DNA of 64,000 nucleotides from assembly GCA_016208765.1 (NCBI GenBank), contig JACQXK010000106.1, forward strand, positions 20,256 through 84,255. The letters are read 5' to 3'. The notes under the pieces are model-generated. The model did no database searches. It was given only the letters and a program-made list of their open reading frames with translations, and had not been told where the DNA came from. Position numbers and translations under genes: made by a program. Within the stretch, counting starts at the first letter, position 1, and every line of letters begins with the position of its first letter. Positions 10,118 to 19,905 of the stretch are shown piece after piece. Source of the DNA: Candidatus Omnitrophota bacterium. Lineage in GTDB: Bacteria; Omnitrophota; Gorgyraeia; Gygaellales; Profunditerraquicolaceae.

Positions 10118-10894
10118 ATGCCTGAGAAAATCAATCTTTCAGTCGTGGTTTTGGCAAAAAATGAGGCAGGGCGTATTGCTAAGTGTTTAGAATCGGCTCT
10201 CTGGGCGGATGAAATAATTGTGGTTGATGATGAGTCTACTGATAAAACACAAGAGGTAGTCAGGAAATTCACCGACAGGATATTTGTCAGGAAAATGGAT
10301 GTTGAAGGCAGGCACAGGAATTGGGCGTACGCCCAGGCAAGGAACCAGTGGGTGTTAAGCCTGGATGCGGATGAAATAATTACTCCTGAATTAAGGGATG
10401 AAATTATATTTGAATTAAAAAATAACCCAAAAGAAAACGGTTTTACTATCCCTCGCAGGAATTTTATTGGTGAATATTGGGTAAAATACGGAGGGTGGTA
10501 TCCCAGCCCGCAGCTCAGGCTATTTAGGAAAGATAAATTCCGTTATGAAGAGGTGGCTGTGCACCCGCGCGCATTTATGGATGATCCTTGCGGGCACTTA
10601 AAAAGCGATTTGATCCATTATTCATTCCGTAACCTTGAAGATATGTTTGCTAAATTAAACAGGCAAACTACATGGGAGGCCCAGAAATGGTTTGATCAAA
10701 ATAAACCTATGCGGCTGGGCAGGTTTCTGTATCGCACAATTGACAGGTTTATGCGCACCTATGTAGGGCGAAAAGGGTATAAGGATGGATTTATTGGTTT
10801 TGTTGTTGCTTTTAACAGCGGGATGTACCAGTTTTTAAGCTACCTAAAATATAAGGAGCTTATTGCTGCGCAGGCTTTAAGCCGCAAAACATAA
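10118..10894 (+). CDS. Glycosyltransferase family 2 (WaaE/KdtX-like)
   Basis: KNEA, VDDESTDKT, LSLDADE, GGWYP, GYKDG. Confidence 0.88.
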   Translation: MPEKINLSVVVLAKNEAGRIAKCLESALWADEIIVVDDESTDKTQEVVRKFTDRIFVRKMDVEGRHRNWAYAQARNQWVLSLDADEIITPELRDEIIFELKNNPKENGFTIPRRNFIGEYWVKYGGWYPSPQLRLFRKDKFRYEEVAVHPRAFMDDPCGHLKSDLIHYSFRNLEDMFAKLNRQTTWEAQKWFDQNKPMRLGRFLYRTIDRFMRTYVGRKGYKDGFIGFVVAFNSGMYQFLSYLKYKELIAAQALSRKT

Positions 10895-10907
10895 TTAATT
10901 TTACTTT

Positions 10908-11459
10908 ATGAAAGCAAAAATAATCTTCTTAGACCGCGATGGGGTGATCAATAAATACCCCGGTGACAAAAAATACGTTACTTCATTAAAGAAATTCAGG
11001 TTCTTGCCAAAGGTAAAAAAAGCGATTGCGCTTTTTTCTAAGCATGGCTTTAAGGTGTTTGTGATTTCTAACCAAGCTGGTGTCGGGAAGGGCGTGTATA
11101 GCCAGCGCACGCTTGATCTAATCACAAAGAAGATGCTTTCTGAAGTTGAGTTATACGCAGGTAAAATTGAAGGCGTATATTACTGTACTCACCGGCCGAA
11201 AGAAAATTGTTCCTGCCGCAAGCCCCGCGCAGGAATGTTAAATGCTGCTGCCAGGCAATGGCCGCTTGATTTAAAAAACGCGTATTTTATCGGCGATACT
11301 ATTAGTGATGTGCTCACTGCCAAAGAAGCAGGTTGTAAATCAATCCTGGTCTTATCTGGAAAAGAAAAGGCCGCCAACCGTAAAAACTGGGAAGTTCAGC
11401 CTGATCTGTTTTTTCAGGACCTTTTCGCAGCAGCCACTTATCTGGTTAAACAAAAATAA
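10908..11459 (+). CDS. gmhB: D-glycero-D-manno-heptose 1,7-bisphosphate phosphatase
   Basis: DRDGVIN, SNQAG, CTH...CSCRKP Zn motif, IGDTISD. Confidence 0.88.
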   Translation: MKAKIIFLDRDGVINKYPGDKKYVTSLKKFRFLPKVKKAIALFSKHGFKVFVISNQAGVGKGVYSQRTLDLITKKMLSEVELYAGKIEGVYYCTHRPKENCSCRKPRAGMLNAAARQWPLDLKNAYFIGDTISDVLTAKEAGCKSILVLSGKEKAANRKNWEVQPDLFFQDLFAAATYLVKQK

Positions 11460-11461
11460 TT

Positions 11462-12556
11462 ATGAAAAAGATTTTAATTGTTTATGCTTCTGCAGGGGCT
11501 GGGCATTTTAAGGCTGCTGAGGCAGTTTATAAATATTTAAAGAATAATGAGAAAGATGCGCAAATTGAATTTTTGGATATTTTACAACAGACAAACTTTC
11601 TTTTCCGCCTGTTTTATACGTGGGGGTATTCGTTTTTAATAAACCATGCGGTTGCGCTTTGGCGCTGGGCGTTTTGGGCTACTTATGTGCGCAGGCTGCG
11701 CAGGCTTACAAAAAAAACCGCAGTAATTATTGATCGCTTGAATTCAGCAAGGTTTTCAGATTATCTTGTAAGGCAAAACCCTGATTTTATAATTTCAACG
11801 CATTTTCTTCCTTCGGAAATAGCCGCTTACTTAAAAACTCAGCAAAAAATCACATCTAAGGTTATAACCATAATTACTGATTTTGGCGTGCATCCTTATT
11901 GGCTGTCTTTAGGCACTGATATTTATATTGTGGCCTCTGACTATACTAAAGAGAAGCTCCTTCTTGAATCAGGCAAGCCTGAAGATATAAGAGCATCAGG
12001 AATTCCTGTTGATGAGAAATTCCTGAAATCATTTAACCGCAGAGAATTGTCCCTAAAACTCGGGCTTGATGCGGATAAGTTTACCGGAATTTTAATTACA
12101 GGTTCTTTTGGGCTTGGGCCTATTGAGGAGATTGTTGATGCGTTGCACGGGCAATTGCAATTAATCGTTGTCTGTGCCAGAAATAAAAAATTGTTTACGC
12201 GTTTAAAAAAGAAAAACTATCCGGATTGTCTGGTTTTGGGGTTTGTGGACAACGTGCAGGAGTTAATGGCGGTTTCAGACATTATTATTACCAAGCCCGG
12301 GGGTATGACAATATCAGAGGTTTTGGCAATGGAACTGGTGCCTTTTTTCATTTCTCCTATCCCGGGGCAGGAAACAGAAAATATGAAGGCATTACAAAAC
12401 TACGGGATTGGACAGGAAATAAAAAGGGCCTCGGATTTTAAAGAAATAATCTTTGATTGTAAAAATAATCCAGGAAAAATGCAAAAAGTCAGAGAAGCAA
12501 TAAAAAAAATAAAGAAACCTAATGCAGCACAGGAGTTATCTCGTGTTATTCGCTAA
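11462..12556 (+). CDS. MGDG synthase/UgtP-like GT28 diacylglycerol glycosyltransferase
   Basis: SAGAGHFKAA, STHF, ITDF, GIPV, TKPGGMT-x-SE, PGQETEN. Confidence 0.85.
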   Translation: MKKILIVYASAGAGHFKAAEAVYKYLKNNEKDAQIEFLDILQQTNFLFRLFYTWGYSFLINHAVALWRWAFWATYVRRLRRLTKKTAVIIDRLNSARFSDYLVRQNPDFIISTHFLPSEIAAYLKTQQKITSKVITIITDFGVHPYWLSLGTDIYIVASDYTKEKLLLESGKPEDIRASGIPVDEKFLKSFNRRELSLKLGLDADKFTGILITGSFGLGPIEEIVDALHGQLQLIVVCARNKKLFTRLKKKNYPDCLVLGFVDNVQELMAVSDIIITKPGGMTISEVLAMELVPFFISPIPGQETENMKALQNYGIGQEIKRASDFKEIIFDCKNNPGKMQKVREAIKKIKKPNAAQELSRVIR

Positions 12557-14390
12557 GGTAGTAATGGGGATTGCTATTGAGGGCCCGTTTGATTACATTG
12601 TTCCGGATCCTTTGAGTGATAAAGTGAAAAAAGGCTGCCGTGTTTTAGTTTACTTGCGTAATAGAAGGGCCGTAGGTTATGTTGTAGAGCTTTCTTCTGC
12701 GTCTAAGATTAAGAATCTTAAGCCAATCTTAAAAGTTTTAGATGAATCTGTGTGCTTAGATGAAGGCATGCTTTTGTTGACAAAAAAACTCTCTGAATAT
12801 TATTGTTGTTCCTGGGGGGAGGCAATAGAATCTTCGCTTCCAGAAGCGCTACGTACTCCCAAAAGCGTTAATGAAGTTTTCCCAAGTTATCCGAAGGTAG
12901 AAAATGACAATGCCAAGATAACAGTTATGCAGGGCTCGGACGTTAAAAGCCGTTGGGAATATTATCTTGAGCAGGTAAAACAAACTTTAGCGCATGGCGA
13001 ATCAGCCATAATTCTGGTTTCTAATATCAAGTCCCTTGTTTATCTGAAGAATATGCTGGAACAGGAGTTAAAAACAAATATCAATGTTTTGTACAGAAAA
13101 GAAGCCGGTGAGTTAGAACAATGGCTTAATATACGTAAGACAGCCTCCAGCCTTGTGATCGGGGCGCGTTCAGCTGTTTTTGCACCTTCACAGAATCTTG
13201 GTTTAATTATTGTTGACGAAGAGCAGGATCCTGTTTATAAGCAGGATCAGGTTCCGCACTACCATGCAAGAGAAGCGGCGATAATGCGCGCAAATCAAGC
13301 TGGAGCAAACCTGATTTTAGCAAGCCATGCCCCATCTTTAGAATCATTTTATATGGCAAATCAGCTGGAAAGCAAAGTTGAATATTTGCAATTACCGCGT
13401 AAAAATGTTTTTCCGGAAATTAATGTCGTTGATATGAACCCCGAGCTGCGTTTTAACCGCAATAAAGGCGTCATTTTCTCAAAATATTTACAGGATGCCA
13501 TAATGTCTTCCTTGACAGCTAAAGGCAAAACACTTTTATTTCTAAACAGGAAGGGTTTTGCTACTTTTGCTTCCTGCAATAATTGTGGGCATATCTTAAA
13601 ATGCCCTCGTTGCAGTATTAATTTAGTGTATCACTTTAAAGGTAACTTATTAAGTTGTCATTATTGCAGTTATAATCTTGAGGCGCCAAAAATATGCCCT
13701 TCCTGCAACGCCGGTTATATCAAATTTGCAGGCGTAGGCGCAGAGAAGATTGAGAGTGAGATATCGCGGATTTTCCCTCAGGCGCTAATTAAGCGTTGTG
13801 AGGCGGATGAAGAAATTCAACTAAAAGACGCTGATATTTTTATTTCAACAAGCAGTATCATTAGAAACCCAAATTATAATTTTGATCTGATAGCTGTGCT
13901 GGGGATTGATAATACGATTAACCGGGTAGATTTTCGCGCAAGCGAAAAGGCATTTGTCATGTTAGCAGGACTTTCCGGGTTGACTTCAAAAAGGATGATT
14001 ATTCAAACAACCCTCGGCAGGCACCATTGTTTTGAGGCCCTGCAAAGAAAAGATTTTAATTTATTTTATAAAGAAGAATTGAAACAACGCAAGCAATTGA
14101 AATTTCCTCCCTACAAACATTTGATAGTAGTGAAATTTCGCGGTAAAATTGAAGAGAATGTAAAAACCGCAAGCCTTAATTTTTTTGAATCACTCGGCAA
14201 AAAAAAACATAAGCAACTGCAATTGATTTCTGTTAACCCGATGCAGTTATCAAAGCTGCGCGGCAATTATTATTGGCAGGTTTTGATAAGTGTTAACGAA
14301 ATAAGAAGCGCGGTTAAGTTTTTAAAATTACACTTAAAAGGCCTGAAGCATTCGGGTATAATAGTAACCGTTGATGTAGACCCTGTTTAG
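12543..14390 (+). CDS. priA: Primosomal protein N' (PriA) with degenerate helicase motifs
   Basis: N-terminal FDY-x-VP domain, GARSAVFAP, YKQ...YHARE, LNRKGFA, four CxxC pairs, FPPY, C-terminal VDVDP; likely GTG start at 12543 after AGGAG. Confidence 0.88.
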   Translation: MLFAKVVMGIAIEGPFDYIVPDPLSDKVKKGCRVLVYLRNRRAVGYVVELSSASKIKNLKPILKVLDESVCLDEGMLLLTKKLSEYYCCSWGEAIESSLPEALRTPKSVNEVFPSYPKVENDNAKITVMQGSDVKSRWEYYLEQVKQTLAHGESAIILVSNIKSLVYLKNMLEQELKTNINVLYRKEAGELEQWLNIRKTASSLVIGARSAVFAPSQNLGLIIVDEEQDPVYKQDQVPHYHAREAAIMRANQAGANLILASHAPSLESFYMANQLESKVEYLQLPRKNVFPEINVVDMNPELRFNRNKGVIFSKYLQDAIMSSLTAKGKTLLFLNRKGFATFASCNNCGHILKCPRCSINLVYHFKGNLLSCHYCSYNLEAPKICPSCNAGYIKFAGVGAEKIESEISRIFPQALIKRCEADEEIQLKDADIFISTSSIIRNPNYNFDLIAVLGIDNTINRVDFRASEKAFVMLAGLSGLTSKRMIIQTTLGRHHCFEALQRKDFNLFYKEELKQRKQLKFPPYKHLIVVKFRGKIEENVKTASLNFFESLGKKKHKQLQLISVNPMQLSKLRGNYYWQVLISVNEIRSAVKFLKLHLKGLKHSGIIVTVDVDPV

Positions 14391-14397
14391 GAGAAAA

Positions 14398-15336
14398 ATG
14401 AAGATAGTTTTTTTTGGAAGCAGCCATTTTGCCGTATCATCTTTAGAGGCATTGATAAAATCAGGTTATGATATAGCCTGCGTGGTAACTCAACCCGATA
14501 AGAAAAAAGGAAGGCATCTGCATTTGGCCTCAACCTGCGTAAAAACGCTTGCCGAGGCAGCAGGGATAGATGTTTTTCAGCCTCAAGATATTAATACAAA
14601 TGATTCTGTAAATCATCTTAAGGCCATTGGGGCGGATTTGTTTGTGATTGTGGCTTATGGCCAGATACTTTCACAGCCGGTATTGGATCTTCCCGGAGTT
14701 ATGGCTGTCAACATACATGCGTCACTTCTTCCAAAATACCGCGGTGCCGCTCCTATCAACTGGGCGATTATTAAAGGAGAAGAAATTACAGGAGTAACCA
14801 TTATGAGAGTAGAACGCAGAATGGATTGCGGCCCGGTAATTTCTCAAAAAGAAATTAGTATAAACGAAGATGACACTGCAATAAGCCTTGAGATATCCTT
14901 GAGTAGGCTTGGAGGAGAACTGCTGCTGGAGACTGTTAAGAATATCAAGAATGTAAAATTGTTTCCTCAAAATGATCTTTATGCAACTTATGCATCAAAA
15001 TTAAAAAAATCAGACGGCCTGATAGATTGGAAGAAAACGGCAATTGAAATTTATAATTTGGTCAGAGGCACTTTGCCCTGGCCCGGAGCGTTTACTTATT
15101 ATAACTCTAAGCTGGTAAAAATTTATATTGTAGAAAAGTTTATGCTTTTTGATAAAAAAGATTTCTCTTGCGGGGAGATCGTTGAGATCTTAAAAGACGG
15201 CATTGTTGTGGTTGCCGGTAAAGGGGCGGTTATTATTAAAGAATTGCAAATTGAGGGAAAGCGCAGGATGACCGCTGCTGAATTTATTGCCGGGCACAAG
15301 GTGTCAGTTGGAGAAAGCCTTTTAACTAAAAAATAA
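14398..15336 (+). CDS. fmt: Methionyl-tRNA formyltransferase
   Basis: VVTQPD, VAYGQIL, NIHASLLPKYRGAAPI, MDCGP. Confidence 0.95.
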   Translation: MKIVFFGSSHFAVSSLEALIKSGYDIACVVTQPDKKKGRHLHLASTCVKTLAEAAGIDVFQPQDINTNDSVNHLKAIGADLFVIVAYGQILSQPVLDLPGVMAVNIHASLLPKYRGAAPINWAIIKGEEITGVTIMRVERRMDCGPVISQKEISINEDDTAISLEISLSRLGGELLLETVKNIKNVKLFPQNDLYATYASKLKKSDGLIDWKKTAIEIYNLVRGTLPWPGAFTYYNSKLVKIYIVEKFMLFDKKDFSCGEIVEILKDGIVVVAGKGAVIIKELQIEGKRRMTAAEFIAGHKVSVGESLLTKK

Positions 15337-15365
15337 TTGCATAATACTATCTTTGTTGTTATAAT
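15337..15365 (+). promoter_or_regulatory. Sigma70-type promoter of the galT-galT-gap genes
   Basis: TTGCAT-17 nt-TATAAT with extended -10 TG. Confidence 0.7.
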
Positions 15366-15405
15366 TATTTTCTCAAATCAAAAACACTTATAAATTTAAA
15401 TAACT

Positions 15406-16431
15406 ATGCCTGAATTACGTAAAGATCCGATAATTGGAAGATGGGTTATTGTTGCTACTGAGCGCGCAAAAAGGCCTGATCAATTTCTTACTCAGGACCT
15501 TGGTGCGCCTCCTGAAAGCCTTTGTCCTTTTTGCGAAGGCCATGAATCGCAAACCCCTCCGGAAATTTACTCAATAAGGCCCAAAAATACACCTCATAAT
15601 GCTCCTGGCTGGGATTTAAGGGTTGTGCCGAGCATTGCGCCATTTTTGAGAATTGAAGGCGAGCTTGAACGCAGGGGAAAAGGCCTGTATGATTTAATGA
15701 ATGGTGTCGGCGCACACGAAATAGTTGTTGAAACAAACAAGCATATTGCCAATATGGCAGATTTAAGCGAAGAGCAGATTGCAAATGTTTTTAGCTGCTA
15801 TATTAATAGGATGCTTGATCTTGAAAAAGACAAGCGGTTTAAATACGTGCTTGTTTTTAAGAATTATGGTTGGGTTGCAGGAGCCGGCAGGGTGCATCAT
15901 TCAAGGTCGCAAATCATTGCCACGCCAGTAAACCCAAAGCGTGTAAAAGAAGAGCTTATCGGAGCAAGGCATTATTTTGATTATCATGAGAGATGTGTTT
16001 TTTGTGATATGATCAAGCAGGAGATGTCCTCTAAAGAAAGGCTTGTGCTGGAGATTGACGGTTTTGTTGCAATTGTTCCGTTTGCTTCAAGGTTCCCTTT
16101 TGAAGTTTGGATATTGCCAAAGAAACATTCCTGTGACTTTACCACACTTGATTCCTCTGATAAGAAGAACCTTGCGGCAATTATGAAAAAAGTCCTTCAG
16201 AAATTAAAGATCGGGTTAAATGACCCGCCGTATAATTATGTTGTGCATACTGCTCCTTTTCGCAGGGAAAAAGTCGGTTACTGGAAAAGCATAGATTCTG
16301 ATTATCACTGGCACATTGAAATTATGCCTCGTTTAACAAGAGTCGCCGGATTTGAATGGGGGACAGGTTTTTATATTTGTCCGCTTCCTCCGGAAGATGG
16401 CGCTAAGTTTTTGCGAGATATACCTGTTTAA
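15406..16431 (+). CDS. GalT/ADP-glucose phosphorylase-family protein with altered active site (HSRSQ)
   Basis: MPELRKDP, CPFC, GAHE, RFPFE, HWHIEIMPRL, AGFEWGTG; the HxHxQ motif reads HSRSQ. Confidence 0.85.
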   Translation: MPELRKDPIIGRWVIVATERAKRPDQFLTQDLGAPPESLCPFCEGHESQTPPEIYSIRPKNTPHNAPGWDLRVVPSIAPFLRIEGELERRGKGLYDLMNGVGAHEIVVETNKHIANMADLSEEQIANVFSCYINRMLDLEKDKRFKYVLVFKNYGWVAGAGRVHHSRSQIIATPVNPKRVKEELIGARHYFDYHERCVFCDMIKQEMSSKERLVLEIDGFVAIVPFASRFPFEVWILPKKHSCDFTTLDSSDKKNLAAIMKKVLQKLKIGLNDPPYNYVVHTAPFRREKVGYWKSIDSDYHWHIEIMPRLTRVAGFEWGTGFYICPLPPEDGAKFLRDIPV

Positions 16432-16473
16432 CAAGTAGTTTAATAAAAAAATTATTTTAAACTGACCTAAAAA

Positions 16474-17469
16474 ATGTCTGAATTAAGAAGAGACCCGATT
16501 GGTGGAAGATGGATCATAGTTGATACTGATCATCCGAGTAAGCCGGCTGATTTTGAGTATGAGCCAAGCGCTTTTAGGCAGGGGATCTGTCCGTTTTGTT
16601 ATGGTAACGAGTCTATGACCCCTCCTGAGATTGATGTGATCAGGGATCCTTATACGCATCCAAACACCGCCGGATGGCAGGTAAGGGTGGTTTCTAATAA
16701 ATTCCCGGCACTGCAGATAGAGGGAGATTTAGACAGGCGCGGGATCGGGCTTTATGATATGTCTAATGGCGTAGGGGCTCATGAGATTTTAATTGAAACG
16801 CCGTATCATTCCAAGGACATCCCTGATTTACTAAATAACGAGATAGAGAATTTCCTGATTTTATATTGCCGCAGGTCGCTTGATCTGGCAAAAGACAAGC
16901 GTTTTAAATACATTATGGTATTTAAGAATTTTGGCGCAGCAGCAGGGGCTTCTTTGGAGCATCCCCATTCCCAGATTATTGCTTTACCGATGGTGCCTAA
17001 GAATGTTTACGAGGAAATTAAGGGGGCGCAGAATTTCTTTAATTTTCGGGAGCGTTGTATTTTCTGCGATATGCTCAGGCAGGAAACGCAGGAAAAAGAG
17101 CGGGTGATTTTGGAGAATAATTATTTTCTTTCTTTTTGCCCGTTTGTTTCCAGGTTCCCGTTTGAGATTTGGATCATGCCTAAAAAGCACAGCGCTTCAT
17201 TTTCCCGCATTGCTCCAGAGGAGATTTCCGCGCTGGCATCAATTTTAAAAGATACGATTTCAAAACTAAAGAATTTATTTCCGAATGTTTCTTACAATTA
17301 CATCATTCATACTGCTCCGACTAACGGGGAGTCAGATGTAGAAGGATATCATTGGCACATTGAATTTATGCCTAAGCTTACACGCGTTGCCGGGTTTGAA
17401 TGGGGTTCAGGATTTTATCTGGTTTCTACCCCTCCAGAGCTTGCGGCGCAGTATTTAAGGGGAGTTTAA
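16474..17469 (+). CDS. galT: Galactose-1-phosphate uridylyltransferase / ADP-glucose phosphorylase family
   Basis: ELRRDP, CPFC, NKFPAL, GASLEHPHSQ, AGFEWGSG. Confidence 0.85.
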   Translation: MSELRRDPIGGRWIIVDTDHPSKPADFEYEPSAFRQGICPFCYGNESMTPPEIDVIRDPYTHPNTAGWQVRVVSNKFPALQIEGDLDRRGIGLYDMSNGVGAHEILIETPYHSKDIPDLLNNEIENFLILYCRRSLDLAKDKRFKYIMVFKNFGAAAGASLEHPHSQIIALPMVPKNVYEEIKGAQNFFNFRERCIFCDMLRQETQEKERVILENNYFLSFCPFVSRFPFEIWIMPKKHSASFSRIAPEEISALASILKDTISKLKNLFPNVSYNYIIHTAPTNGESDVEGYHWHIEFMPKLTRVAGFEWGSGFYLVSTPPELAAQYLRGV

Positions 17470-17493
17470 ATAACCAACAAGGAGGAAAATGAA

Positions 17494-18546
17494 ATGGCAG
17501 TAAAGATTGGTATCAATGGTTTTGGAAGAATTGGCAGGATGGTGGGAAGGGCAATCTTAGAAAGTAAGAGCAAGGATATTGAACTTGTGGCTGTAAACGA
17601 TATCACAGATGCCAAGTCTCTGGCGCATCTGTTAAAATATGATTCTGTGCATGGCCGCTTTCCCGGCGGGGATGTTAAAGCTGGGGATAATTCAATTATA
17701 GTTAATGGAAAAGAGATTAAGGTGCTTGCCAAAAGAGACCCTGCAGAATTGCCTTGGAAGGAGTTGGGGGTTGAAATTGTGGTGGAATCTACCGGTTTAT
17801 TTACCGTAAAGAATGACGGAGTAAATAAGAAAGGTAAAGAGGTTAAAGGGGCAATAAATCATATTACCAAGGGCGGGGCAAAGAAGGTAATTATCAGCGC
17901 ACCTGCAGAAGGTGAAGATATTACGATAGTTATGGGAGTTAATGATGATAAATATGACCCGAAGCTGCACAGTGTAATTTCCAATGCTTCTTGTACCACA
18001 AATTGCCTTGGCCCTGTGGCAAAGGTAATCAATGATAATTGGGGTATTGAAAAAGGCCTGATGACAACAATCCATGCATATACGAATGACCAGAGATTAC
18101 AGGATCTTCCGCATTCTGATATGCGCCGTGCTCGTGCTGCAGCAGTTTCCATGATCCCTACTTCTACGGGCGCTGCAAGAGCAATCGGGTTGGTGATCCC
18201 TGAATTAAAAGGAAAGCTTGATGGCTTTGCTATTCGTGTCCCGGTGCCAAATGTCTCAATCGTGGATTTGACATGTTCGCTTAAGAAGGAAACTACTGTT
18301 GAAGATATTAATAAAGCATTAAAAGATGCCTCGGAAACAAAAATGAAGGGCATACTTTGCTATACTACCGATGATGTGGTGTCAGTGGATTTTAATCATT
18401 ACCCGGCATCAAGCACTGTTGATTCAAAGTTAACCAAGGTGCTTGGCGGTAATTTTGCCAAGGTAATCGCCTGGTACGATAATGAATGGGGTTATTCTTG
18501 CAGGGTTGTGGATTTGTGCGAATATTTGGTTAAAAGAGGGCTGTAA
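17494..18546 (+). CDS. gap: Glyceraldehyde-3-phosphate dehydrogenase, type I
   Basis: [28 protein letters not shown]. Confidence 0.97.
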   Translation: MAVKIGINGFGRIGRMVGRAILESKSKDIELVAVNDITDAKSLAHLLKYDSVHGRFPGGDVKAGDNSIIVNGKEIKVLAKRDPAELPWKELGVEIVVESTGLFTVKNDGVNKKGKEVKGAINHITKGGAKKVIISAPAEGEDITIVMGVNDDKYDPKLHSVISNASCTTNCLGPVAKVINDNWGIEKGLMTTIHAYTNDQRLQDLPHSDMRRARAAAVSMIPTSTGAARAIGLVIPELKGKLDGFAIRVPVPNVSIVDLTCSLKKETTVEDINKALKDASETKMKGILCYTTDDVVSVDFNHYPASSTVDSKLTKVLGGNFAKVIAWYDNEWGYSCRVVDLCEYLVKRGL

Positions 18547-18570
18547 AGCCTGTTTTTAGGCTAAAGTAAT

Positions 18571-18602
18571 AGGGGCTGTTCCTAATAAGAATTGCCCCTT
18601 TT
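18571..18602 (+). terminator. Possible intrinsic terminator after gap
   Basis: AGGGGC...GCCCCT stem followed by a short T run. Confidence 0.45.
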
Positions 18603-18665
18603 GCTTATATTAATCCGCAAATATTCATGTTCAAGGCTTTATTCCTGAGTTATTAATAAAAACCT

Positions 18666-18694
18666 TTGACAAAGCCTGATGCTTAATATATATT
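18666..18694 (+). promoter_or_regulatory. Sigma70-type promoter of pgk-tpiA-secG-opp
   Basis: TTGACA-17 nt-TATATT; GGAGGAGG Shine-Dalgarno before pgk. Confidence 0.7.
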
Positions 18695-18722
18695 ATTCTT
18701 TCAAATTTGGAGGAGGAGTGTC

Positions 18723-19904
18723 ATGGCAAAATTAACTTTAAAAGACATTGATTTAAAAAATAAGGTTGTTTTATGCAGGGCAGATTTTAATGTGCCTCAG
18801 GACGCCGGCTTAAAGATCACCGATGATACGCGTATCCGGGCAACGCTTCCGACAATCAGGTATATTTTAGAAAATGGCGCAAAAAAGCTGGTTTTAGTCA
18901 GCCATCTTGGCAGGCCGGATGGAAAAGTTGTGGAAAAATACAGCCTTAAGCCGGTGGCTTTAAGGCTAAGCGAGCTTCTTGGCGAGCCGGTTAAGTTTGT
19001 TAATGAGTGTGTTGGGGAGAGCGTAAAAAAAGAAATTGATCTTTCTAAAGAAAGGGTAGTTCTTCTGGAAAATTTGCGTTTTCATGCAGAGGAAGAGGCA
19101 AACGACGCTAATTTTGCCAAGCAGCTTGCATCTTTAGCTGATATTTTTGTAAATGATGCCTTTGGAACCGCGCACCGGGCGCATGCTTCAACTGAAGGAG
19201 TAACGCATTATTTAAAGAGCGCTGCCGGATTTTTATTGGGAAAAGAAATCCAATATTTAGGAAGTGCGCTGCAAAATCCTCTGCGGCCATTTGTGGTGAT
19301 CCTCGGAGGAGCAAAGGTGTCAGATAAGATCGGCGTAATTGATAACCTGTTGCCAAAAGCCGATGCGATCATCATCGGTGGCGGCATGGCATATACTTTT
19401 TTGAAGGCTCAGGGTAAAAATATCGGTAATTCAAAACTGGAAAAAGACAAATTAGATTTGGCAAAATCAATACTTGAGAAATCAGAACAGCTGAAAAAAG
19501 AAATAATTCTTCCGGTAGATAATGTAGTTGTAGATAATATTGCTCAAGATGCAAAGATTGAGATTGTAGCGGATAACATACCGGACGGAAAGATTGCGGT
19601 TGATATCGGGCCAAAGACAATTGCCTTGTTTGAGGCTGAACTTAAATCGGCAAAGACAATTGTCTGGAACGGGCCATTAGGTATTTTTGAGATGGATCCT
19701 TTTAGCAAAGGGACTAAGGAAGTAGCTATGTTTATCGCAGGCCTTGAGTGTACTTCAATTATTGGCGGAGGAGATACTGCTGCTGCGGTTACAAAATTTG
19801 AAGTTGAAGATAAAATGTCCCATGTTTCAACCGGTGGCGGAGCAAGCCTTGAATATTTAGAAGGTAAAAATCTGCCCGGTGTAGCGGCTTTAACGGAGAA
19901 GTAA
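18723..19904 (+). CDS. pgk: Phosphoglycerate kinase
   Basis: RADFNVP, SHLGRP, ENLRF, DAFGTAHRAHAS, GGAKVSDK, STGGGASLE. Confidence 0.97.
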   Translation: MAKLTLKDIDLKNKVVLCRADFNVPQDAGLKITDDTRIRATLPTIRYILENGAKKLVLVSHLGRPDGKVVEKYSLKPVALRLSELLGEPVKFVNECVGESVKKEIDLSKERVVLLENLRFHAEEEANDANFAKQLASLADIFVNDAFGTAHRAHASTEGVTHYLKSAAGFLLGKEIQYLGSALQNPLRPFVVILGGAKVSDKIGVIDNLLPKADAIIIGGGMAYTFLKAQGKNIGNSKLEKDKLDLAKSILEKSEQLKKEIILPVDNVVVDNIAQDAKIEIVADNIPDGKIAVDIGPKTIALFEAELKSAKTIVWNGPLGIFEMDPFSKGTKEVAMFIAGLECTSIIGGGDTAAAVTKFEVEDKMSHVSTGGGASLEYLEGKNLPGVAALTEK

Positions 19905-19905
19905 G

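Noticed and set aside
16432-16473. AT-rich inverted repeat between the galT paralogs
   Set aside because: Weak, almost all A/T pairing that is expected by chance at this base composition.
17790-17870. Lys-rich insertion in GAPDH ([15 protein letters not shown])
   Set aside because: It is in a variable loop where insertions occur in other lineages, it has no DNA-level repeat, and the catalytic motifs are intact.
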